UHGV virus genome: UHGV-0152507
Length of the DNA: 16,550 bases
Direction: 5' to 3' (one strand)
From: a virus
The notes below the pieces were generated by a model. It was not told the DNA's origin. It ran no database searches and worked only from the letters and a program-made list of their open reading frames with translations. A program made the translations under genes and the position numbers. Shown here piece by piece: positions 1-6,125 of the stretch; the first letter of the stretch is position 1; each line of letters opens with the position of its first letter.

Positions 1-53
1 TCGGTGGACCGTATTTCCTGTGGTTAATACTGCGTAGCCGGAGGGTGTCATGA
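1..53 (+). CDS. hmuU: C-terminal fragment of heme/hemin ABC transporter permease (FecCD family, HmuU/ChuU-like)
   Basis: The frame starting at nt 3 reads [16 protein letters not shown]-stop, a typical FecCD-permease C-terminus. Its TGA (51-53) overlaps the ATG of the next gene (ATGA coupling). Only 16 codons are visible. Confidence 0.6.
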   Translation, partial: GGPYFLWLILRSRRVS

Positions 54-820
54 TCGTCGCTGAAAATCTGGTCTACCACATTCAGGAAAGACGACTGACC
101 GACGACGTTTCCCTGACGCTACCTGATGGAGAGATCATCGCGATTCTTGGCCCGAACGGAGCCGGGAAATCGACGCTGCTACGCCAGCTTACGGGATATC
201 TGCAGCCCCACAGTGGGCGTTGTAGCATGTTTGGCAAGCCGCTGGACAAGTGGTCAATCACCGAGCTGGCAAAAACCCGTGCCGTGATGCGCCAGAATAG
301 TCATATGGCCTTCCCGTTTAGCGTTCAGGAGGTCATTCGCATGGGCAGACATCCGTATCGGACGCGCAATACGGGCGATGAAACGGAGCACATCATGGCA
401 TTGTGTGATTGCCAGGCGCTGGCCGCACGCGATTACCGGCATCTGTCGGGAGGAGAACAACAGCGGGTACAGCTGGCGCGCCTGCTGGTTCAGCTTTGGG
501 AGCCCGAGCCTGGGCCGAAATGGCTGTTTCTTGATGAACCCACCTCCGCGCTGGATATTCACCACCAGCAGCACCTTTTTCGTCTGCTACGTCGTCTGGT
601 GCGTGAACGGCAGTTTAACGTCTGCTGCGTCCTGCACGATCTCAACCTCGCGGCGCGCTATGCCGACCGCGTGGTATTGATGGAGCGCGGCAGGATAGTT
701 GATAACGGATATCCGCAGGATGTCCTGAAGCAACGGTCGCTGAACGCGCTGTACGGTGCCGATCTCACGGTCATAAATGAACCGGAGCATCGAACGCCGA
801 TTATCGTCCTCAATCAATAA
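50..820 (+). CDS. hmuV: Hemin import ABC transporter ATP-binding protein (HmuV/ChuV/ShuV-like)
   Basis: 256-aa ORF with Walker [13 protein letters not shown] signature LSGGEQQRV, Walker [12 protein letters not shown] and H-loop VLHDLN. Over its full length it resembles ChuV/HmuV as I remember it. Confidence 0.93.
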   Translation: MIVAENLVYHIQERRLTDDVSLTLPDGEIIAILGPNGAGKSTLLRQLTGYLQPHSGRCSMFGKPLDKWSITELAKTRAVMRQNSHMAFPFSVQEVIRMGRHPYRTRNTGDETEHIMALCDCQALAARDYRHLSGGEQQRVQLARLLVQLWEPEPGPKWLFLDEPTSALDIHHQQHLFRLLRRLVRERQFNVCCVLHDLNLAARYADRVVLMERGRIVDNGYPQDVLKQRSLNALYGADLTVINEPEHRTPIIVLNQ

Positions 821-825
821 CAGAC

Positions 826-856
826 CGGGAACCCCTGGCGTGGCGTTCCCGTTTTT
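826..856 (+). terminator. Rho-independent terminator of the heme-transport operon
   Basis: 7-bp stem CGGGAAC/GTTCCCG (826-832 / 845-851), a 12-nt loop, then T5 (852-856). It begins 6 nt after the hmuV stop. Confidence 0.75.
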
Positions 857-973
857 CTCCCTTTACACCCTTTTTTCACCTTTTCTAAAAACGCCCTTGA
901 CCTTCCCCTTGCTGGGAGGTTTTCAAGTAGCGCAGTACCGCAAGGCACTGCGCCAATTCAGTATTTTACAGAC

Positions 974-1996
974 TTAACTAACCCGCAAAACCCCCGCATT
1001 GCCTCCAGAGTGTGGACGCAATGTGGACATTCCACTAAGGGGATTATAACTCACCGCATCCAGTAAATAGTCCGGCGCGAAGTGAGCATAGGTCATAGTT
1101 TGCGATATGTCGGAATGACCAAGAATTCGTTGTAACGCGATAATATTTCCGCCCTTAATCATGAAGTGCGTGGCGAACGTATGACGTAGCGCGTGCGCGG
1201 CTTGCCCATCTGGAAGATTGGGCTTTGCTTCTTTCATGCGCAGACGGAAGGTTTTATAGCTCACGCGGAACAGTCTTCCCGATTCCTGATGTTTCACTAT
1301 TTTTGCAATGTCGTCAGATATGGGGACCACACGCCGATCTCCGTTTTTAGTGATCGTAAACATCACCCTGTTACCGACAATGTTTTCCGCTTTAAGCTGG
1401 TAGGCTTCACCCCATCGAGCACCGGTAGCAAGCAGCAGAACGGCGATGCGGTAGTAATCACCTGAGCACAGGGATAGCAGCCGGTTTACTTCCGACTCAG
1501 TGAAATACGACATTTCCGTTTTTGGCTCTTTCAGCGCTGAAATTGCTGTTACCGGGTTTTCACCGTGAAACTCATCAATTTCGGCCATAGCTTTAAACAC
1601 ACCACTAAGTGCAAACAGGTCATGATTTATCGTTGAAGCCTTGATCCCTTGCTCCAGCCTATATGCCCGGTAATCAATAAGACATCGCGCATCAATCTGG
1701 TAAATCATGGGATCCCCCATATCGTGGCAAATACAGTTAACAGCACTAAGCCTGCGGTTTGCGTAGTTCTTATTCCGTCCGATTAACTGCCACCATAACG
1801 CGATAAATTCGCTTAGTTTTCGCTTATCAGCCGGTCTATTTAAAAAATCATGGTTCTGATACTTGGCAATAATGCTTCGCTCAAAAGCGTGCGCATCTGC
1901 CTTTCTCTCAAACTTCCGCCGAATGCGCTTTCCGTCGCGCCCGCGCGGCCTGACATCCACTTCATAGCGACCATCTTCGAGTTTCTTAACGGACAT
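974..1996 (-). CDS. int: Tyrosine integrase (P2 Int family)
   Basis: Shows the catalytic signature ATGARWGE, HALRHTFATHF, LGHSDISQTMTYAH. I prefer the ATG at 1996 (GGAGGG 7 nt upstream) to the TTG at 2011 used by the ORF track. Confidence 0.93.
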   Translation of the reverse strand: MSVKKLEDGRYEVDVRPRGRDGKRIRRKFERKADAHAFERSIIAKYQNHDFLNRPADKRKLSEFIALWWQLIGRNKNYANRRLSAVNCICHDMGDPMIYQIDARCLIDYRAYRLEQGIKASTINHDLFALSGVFKAMAEIDEFHGENPVTAISALKEPKTEMSYFTESEVNRLLSLCSGDYYRIAVLLLATGARWGEAYQLKAENIVGNRVMFTITKNGDRRVVPISDDIAKIVKHQESGRLFRVSYKTFRLRMKEAKPNLPDGQAAHALRHTFATHFMIKGGNIIALQRILGHSDISQTMTYAHFAPDYLLDAVSYNPLSGMSTLRPHSGGNAGVLRVS

Positions 1997-2065
1997 AAGA
2001 AAACCCTCCAACAGTCAGATCACTATCCTGGTAACAAATAGTGAAAATGTAATGTTTATATAATG

Positions 2066-2368
2066 TTAACCAGTCTTTTTCCCGGAGGGGTCTGATTGAA
2101 TTTCGTCTTGCCCATTGTGTGCGAGAGCCGGTGCTATTTGGCCTCGGCTCGGATCTGTACGGTCGTACATGAACCAATCCTGATACTTATGGAATCGGGG
2201 ATGACCAAAGAGTTTGATCGCAGCATCTAATGACATTTTTGATTTGCCTAATTCATATCCATTATAGGTTACGGGATTTACTCCAATTAAATCAGCAACT
2301 TGTTTCGATCTAAGTCTTTCAGAGTCTCTTATCAATTGAAGCTTTTCACTTTGGCACATTGACTTCAT
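2066..2368 (-). CDS. C: Immunity repressor, P2 C type (HTH)
   Basis: 100 aa with an HTH (SKQVADLIGVNPVTYNGYELGK). The C-terminus RGQIAPALAHNGQDEIQSDPSGKKTG parallels the P2 C tail as I remember it (SGQIAPALAHFGQNETTSPHSGQKTG). Its position between int and the early operon matches P2. Confidence 0.9.
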   Translation of the reverse strand: MKSMCQSEKLQLIRDSERLRSKQVADLIGVNPVTYNGYELGKSKMSLDAAIKLFGHPRFHKYQDWFMYDRTDPSRGQIAPALAHNGQDEIQSDPSGKKTG

Positions 2369-2402
2369 CTATCTATTCTCTTATCGTCTATCTAAATAGA
2401 TA
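2359..2402 (+). promoter_or_regulatory. Candidate early promoter Pe with C-repressor operator repeats
   Basis: TTGACT (2359-2364), a 17-nt spacer, then TATCGT (2382-2387). The 8-bp direct repeat TCTATCTA at 2368-2375 and 2387-2394 brackets the -10. An inverted half-site TAGATA lies at 2397-2402. The layout resembles P2 O1/O2 direct-repeat operators. Confidence 0.55.
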
Positions 2403-2432
2403 CAGCAAGCGACATTAGACGCTCACCACCAA

Positions 2433-2471
2433 TGAGGCTTGCTAGTGCTAAAGATGCCTCAGCAAGCCTCA
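2433..2471. repeat. 11-bp perfect inverted repeat in the switch region / early leader
   Basis: TGAGGCTTGCT (2433-2443) pairs with AGCAAGCCTCA (2461-2471) across a 17-nt loop. A third partial copy CAGCAAGC lies at 2403-2410. The repeat ends 2 nt before the AAGGAG RBS of the cox-like gene. Confidence 0.8.
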
Positions 2472-2487
2472 ACGAAGGAGTCTATCA

Positions 2488-2949
2488 ATGAAAGAAATCC
2501 GAGAAAACGAATTAAATGCGAGATCTCAGTATTTACGTCAGTTTCCGTTAGATGGTGCTCGCGTCGCACGAATCTGCAAGATGACAGAAGCGCAAGCAAA
2601 CGCTATTCGCGATATGAACACCGACGAACTGCAAAAGCAGGTTTTCGTTACACCTGTTGAATTTGCATATCTGACGGGCCGGACTCTTAAGTCAGTACGT
2701 AACTTAATGGATCGTGCTCAGTTACCGGTCCACCGCGAAGGGATGCCGGGTTCCAAACGTCCTAAGCGTTTCATCATGCTGCAAGAGTATTGGGACGCCG
2801 TAGCACACTGCCGCGCACTAATTACCCCAGAAGAAAAGCACTACATCGATCGTCTGATGCGCGACAAGAAAACATATCGCCGCGTAACTGGTAACAATCA
2901 TCAGACGCATACGCGCACAAGCCGCAATTCAGCAAGGGCTGTCGCATGA
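2488..2949 (+). CDS. cox: Cox/Apl-like early regulator-excisionase (extended, 153 aa)
   Basis: Strong RBS AAGGAG 8 nt upstream, and it is the first gene of the early operon. The central segment VTPVEFAYLTGRTLKSVRNLMDRAQLPV...FIMLQEYW resembles the P2 Cox HTH region (IPYQEFAKLIGKSTGAVRRMIDKGKLPV...YWVYLPAW, from memory). Confidence 0.7.
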   Translation: MKEIRENELNARSQYLRQFPLDGARVARICKMTEAQANAIRDMNTDELQKQVFVTPVEFAYLTGRTLKSVRNLMDRAQLPVHREGMPGSKRPKRFIMLQEYWDAVAHCRALITPEEKHYIDRLMRDKKTYRRVTGNNHQTHTRTSRNSARAVA

Positions 2950-3404
2950 AAAACAGCAAATCAGTAAACGAACTTATTTCCGCTGTGAATGAGTTTTTGC
3001 GTAACAGCAACCCAGAGCGCTTGATCGATAATGGCATTCACGAAGCCTTATGCAACCTCGTTGATGCCGTAAGCCAGCAACAAGAAGAAATCGACTCCCT
3101 GCTGGAACGGCTGAATGCGCATAGCCCCGTTAATAGCGCGATAAAGGAAGAATCCGGTACTGTATTTCGCCGCCGCTATTACCGCAATGGTGTTCACGCG
3201 GGAAATGTTTATTTCCGAATTGAAGCGTTTGAAGGGATTAAAAGTTGGGCAGAAGAACTAAGGGCTGATTTTGAATCTTGTCTTAACGATTTTATTTCAC
3301 GACTTCACCCTGAACACCGTGCTTGCTTCGTTTCTACAGTAATAAGTCGCGCCCACAGTTTGACGTCGGAAGAGAAAGCGGAGTGGGAGCGACTTCAGAA
3401 GTAA
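2946..3404 (+). CDS. Hypothetical early protein (152 aa)
   Basis: ATGA start/stop overlap with the cox-like gene and an AAGGG RBS-like element upstream. I recognised no family. Confidence 0.7.
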   Translation: MKNSKSVNELISAVNEFLRNSNPERLIDNGIHEALCNLVDAVSQQQEEIDSLLERLNAHSPVNSAIKEESGTVFRRRYYRNGVHAGNVYFRIEAFEGIKSWAEELRADFESCLNDFISRLHPEHRACFVSTVISRAHSLTSEEKAEWERLQK

Positions 3405-3410
3405 AAATGA

Positions 3411-3641
3411 TTATTTATTTGCCGTCGCATTTGCAGGGCTAAATTGCATCAGCTCCTTATAGAGTTTCTGCATATGCGGATTGTCCATTTCTTTCAGTGA
3501 CTTCATAACCCTTAAAGCGTGCTCATGTGACTGAGAGAAAATGGATAGGGCTAGGGCCATTTTTAATGCACTGATTTCGCCGTTGATGTCATTGAGATCA
3601 GTTTCAAAAGTGACGTTATTGACTTGATAACTATTGCTCAT
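3411..3641 (-). CDS. Hypothetical 76-aa protein, reverse-oriented moron-like gene
   Basis: AAGGA RBS 7 nt upstream of the ATG on the minus strand. GC is visibly lower (~40% by eye) than in the neighbours. The predicted protein looks helical and I recognised no family. Confidence 0.65.
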   Translation of the reverse strand: MSNSYQVNNVTFETDLNDINGEISALKMALALSIFSQSHEHALRVMKSLKEMDNPHMQKLYKELMQFSPANATANK

Positions 3642-3726
3642 TTTTTTCCTTTGCGTTGGTAAAAGTTATGCCTGATTCACCGCTCAACGTTTCACAGGCA
3701 TAGCGATGTTAGCACAGGAAACACGC

Positions 3727-3758
3727 GCCGGGCGTGGGGTTATATCCCGGCACTTTTT
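3727..3758 (+). terminator. Terminator-like hairpin inside the early transcription unit
   Basis: GCCGGG (3727-3732) pairs with CCCGGC (3746-3751) across a 13-nt loop, followed by AC-TTTTT (3752-3758). On the minus strand no T-run follows the stem. Confidence 0.45.
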
Positions 3759-3777
3759 CAATTTGACGGAGATCAAC

Positions 3778-3999
3778 ATGGACTTAACACAATGCCCTTC
3801 ACTTGCCAGCCTGCTAACCCACGGCCAGCAGATCACCCACCGTCAGCATCAACGCGGCTGGATTGAAACCCCGGACGGGCGTTTCTTCCAGCCTAAAGCA
3901 GCAGATGTTCAATTTATTAAAAACTGCCGTTTACCGTTTATGTCGCGCCCGCGTAATAAGCGCCGCTGGTTTTCCCGCTTAATGGGTATCTTCGCGTAG
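3778..3999 (+). CDS. Hypothetical early protein (73 aa, basic C-terminus)
   Basis: I prefer the ATG at 3778 (GGAGA 5 nt upstream). The track start at 3706 lacks an RBS and would place the 3727-3758 hairpin inside the coding sequence. Confidence 0.6.
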   Translation: MDLTQCPSLASLLTHGQQITHRQHQRGWIETPDGRFFQPKAADVQFIKNCRLPFMSRPRNKRRWFSRLMGIFA

Positions 4000-4014
4000 T
4001 TCGGGGAGGTGGTT

Positions 4015-4404
4015 ATGTTGATGGATAAGACAGGACAACAGCCAGGCCGCCGCCAGTTCTTAGAGCAACGGGCGCGGCTGCAAGCCAGTTTGAACGCCTC
4101 ACGCGTGAATGACACTGCAACCCGTTTTAACCGCCTGGATGATGCCTGCAAAAAGGTGATTTTCATCCTGGCAAACGATGCGTCCAGATACATAGCCGGA
4201 ATGCCGAAGCTGACCGCCAAACAGTTGGGTTGCACTTACGAAAATCTAACCGAAAAGGAGCAAACGTGCCTTTTGATGGGCATTAAGCGCCTTTCCGAAT
4301 TTGCAGCATCAATGCCGTGGGAATTTGAGGACTACGCCGCACCACGCGCCGAAATTCAGGCGATACGCGACAAACCACCCGCGCCAGATAACGCAGTCAA
4401 TTAA
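4015..4404 (+). CDS. Hypothetical early protein (129 aa)
   Basis: I prefer the ATG at 4015 (GGAGG 5 nt upstream) to the GTG at 4009. I recognised no family. Confidence 0.7.
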   Translation: MLMDKTGQQPGRRQFLEQRARLQASLNASRVNDTATRFNRLDDACKKVIFILANDASRYIAGMPKLTAKQLGCTYENLTEKEQTCLLMGIKRLSEFAASMPWEFEDYAAPRAEIQAIRDKPPAPDNAVN

Positions 4405-4474
4405 CAACTAACTACCCACAAAAAAGAAACAGGCGCTAACGCGTCGGGCTTCTTGCACCCTGGAGAAAGTAAAA

Positions 4475-5479
4475 ATGATTCGATCTCTCGTTAAATGGCC
4501 CGGTGGTAAAGGCCGCGTTATGCCTGATTTGCTGCCGATTCTGCCGAAAGCCGATTGCCTGGTGGAACCGTTTGTCGGCGGAGCTTCTGTTTTCCTCAAT
4601 ACTGAATATCGCCGTTATATCCTGGGTGATATCAACCCAGATTTAATTAACCTGTATCGCCAGATAACCCGCTGGCCTGATGCGGTGATCGACGCTGCTC
4701 GCCCGCTGTTTAAAGTGTACGGTGATAAAGACGGCTATAAGTGGATCCGCGACGATTTCAACGCCCGCGCCCATGACCTTCTGTCATCGCGCAATGTGTT
4801 TGAGGACGGACCGGACGCGGGCAAGATTCTTCGTGCAGCACAGTTTCTTTACCTGAACCGTCACGGATATAACGGCGTAGTGCGCTACAACCAACAGGGC
4901 GGATATAACGTTCCCTTTGGTAGACACAAAACCCCGCCTTACTTCCCGGAAGAACAGATCCGTTTATTCTCTGAAAAAGCTAACGACACGAAAGCTATTT
5001 TCGTGTGCTGCGATTTCCAGAGCACGTTAAAAATCATGATTGGTAGTGACGCGGTTATCTACTGCGATCCGCCATACCTGCCAGCAAGCGACACCGCTAA
5101 TTTCACCCAATACCACACCGCCCCGTTTGGCATTAAAGAGCATCGCCAGTTAGCTGCCGCCCTGCTGGATATTAACCGCCTTACTGGTTCGCCGGTGATC
5201 CTGTCCAATAGCGACACCCCATCTACCCGCGAGATTTATCGCGCTTTCAACTTCCAGGAAATCAGCGTTAACCGTTCTGTCAGCGCGAACGCCATTACCA
5301 GAGGGGCCGCCAGTGAAGTGATCGGCGTGCTGCCTGTCTGTGATGGCTGCGGGCGCTATGAAGGTGGTCACTGTGCGAAATGTTGCCCAGGTATCGCCGC
5401 ATGTGAGGAGGGATGGTCGTTTGATTGTCGAGGCAACTGCGATATTTGCGAGCCGTCCGATAACCCGGAAACGTGGTAA
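4475..5479 (+). CDS. dam: Dam-type N6-adenine DNA methyltransferase (D12 class) with a 49-aa Cys-rich C-terminal extension
   Basis: Shows KWPGGK, EPFVGGASVF (SAM-binding) and the catalytic DPPY. The canonical domain ends near ...RGAASEVIGV. The tail (5330-5476) carries 9 Cys. RBS GGAGAAAG lies upstream. Confidence 0.92.
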   Translation: MIRSLVKWPGGKGRVMPDLLPILPKADCLVEPFVGGASVFLNTEYRRYILGDINPDLINLYRQITRWPDAVIDAARPLFKVYGDKDGYKWIRDDFNARAHDLLSSRNVFEDGPDAGKILRAAQFLYLNRHGYNGVVRYNQQGGYNVPFGRHKTPPYFPEEQIRLFSEKANDTKAIFVCCDFQSTLKIMIGSDAVIYCDPPYLPASDTANFTQYHTAPFGIKEHRQLAAALLDINRLTGSPVILSNSDTPSTREIYRAFNFQEISVNRSVSANAITRGAASEVIGVLPVCDGCGRYEGGHCAKCCPGIAACEEGWSFDCRGNCDICEPSDNPETW

Positions 5480-5495
5480 TAGCGAGGGATCTGCA

Positions 5496-6125
5496 ATGAG
5501 AAAAACACACGAATTAAAGATTTGGCCGGAGTTTTTTCAACCTGTTATGGACCGCGTGAAATACGCTGAATTGCGCCTAAATGATCGCGACTATAGCGCG
5601 GGCGACGTTTTGTTTTTGCGGGAGTTTTTACCCGCTAGCGGCAAATATTCGGGCAGCTATAACGTAGTAATAATATCTCATGTCGCTGATGTATCGGCGT
5701 TTATGCCGGGGTACGTCCTGCTTAGTTTCACTTCTTTCGTTACGCGCGGCGCTAACTGGCCTTTCCATAAGCCAACTACAGTGGAGGCTGCTGTAACTGC
5801 GGAAGATACTGGTTTTCTTTCGGCGCTTGTCGCCTGCGAGCCTCCCTGTAGCGTGATTCACCAAATGGCACGCCGACTGCTTGATGAACATCCATCGCTT
5901 CCAGTGTCCGAAAAATCTGATCTGTTGCCATGCCCCTTTTGCGGTGAAGCGGCTTTCTTTGACTCTATTTTTGATTACCAGTCAGAAACGCGTGTTTATG
6001 CCCCGTCTTGTACGGAGTGCTCATGCGAATTGATGGACGGCCCGATCATTAACAAATATGGGCGCGGTTGGTATGCCTCAAAGCAGGATGCCGCCGAAGC
6101 CTGGAATAAAAGGCGCTCGCAATGA
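5496..6125 (+). CDS. Fusion protein: N-terminal DUF3850/ASCH-like (PUA fold) domain plus C-terminal Lar-family restriction-alleviation zinc ribbon
   Basis: I prefer the ATG at 5496 (GAGGG 7 nt upstream) to the track start at 5340. The N-terminus HELKIWPEFFQPVMDRVKYAELRLNDRDYSAGDVLFLREF fits the DUF3850 pattern. The C-terminus LLPCPFCGEAAFF...CTECSCEL...AAEAWNKR fits the Lar pattern. Confidence 0.8.
   Translation: MRKTHELKIWPEFFQPVMDRVKYAELRLNDRDYSAGDVLFLREFLPASGKYSGSYNVVIISHVADVSAFMPGYVLLSFTSFVTRGANWPFHKPTTVEAAVTAEDTGFLSALVACEPPCSVIHQMARRLLDEHPSLPVSEKSDLLPCPFCGEAAFFDSIFDYQSETRVYAPSCTECSCELMDGPIINKYGRGWYASKQDAAEAWNKRRSQ

Noticed and set aside
254-817. ORFs 254-574 (-), 378-680 (+) and 587-817 (-) inside hmuV
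   Set aside because: They are shadow or alternative-frame ORFs fully inside a well-supported ABC ATPase gene, with no RBS and no recognisable content.
777-977. 66-aa ORF spanning the hmuV end and the intergenic att region
   Set aside because: It starts inside hmuV in another frame and runs through the terminator and a pyrimidine-rich spacer. It has no RBS and its translation is low-complexity.
1193-2177. ORFs 1193-1465 (+), 1850-2041 (+) and 1986-2177 (-) around int
   Set aside because: They are antisense or overlapping frames of int and the C repressor, with no start signals. A 7-bp inverted repeat TCACTAT/ATAGTGA (2020-2026 / 2038-2044) lies in the C-int spacer, but I cannot assign it a role.
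2439-2660. 73-aa ORF overlapping the start of the cox-like gene
   Set aside because: It is in another frame, lacks an RBS, and begins inside the inverted repeat. The 2488 ORF has a strong AAGGAG.
3706-3777. Upstream extension of the 3778 ORF (track start 3706)
   Set aside because: There is no RBS, it would encode across a terminator-like hairpin, and the internal ATG at 3778 has GGAGA at ideal spacing.
3909-4235. 108-aa minus-strand ORF antisense to the 3778 and 4015 genes
   Set aside because: It overlaps two plus-strand genes that have good RBSs, and I saw no RBS or family resemblance.
5340-5495. N-terminal 52 codons of the track ORF 5340-6125 overlapping the Dam tail
   Set aside because: There is no RBS at 5340. 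The DUF3850 pattern starts right after the Met at 5496, which has a GAGGG RBS. The overlap is most simply an open alternative frame.
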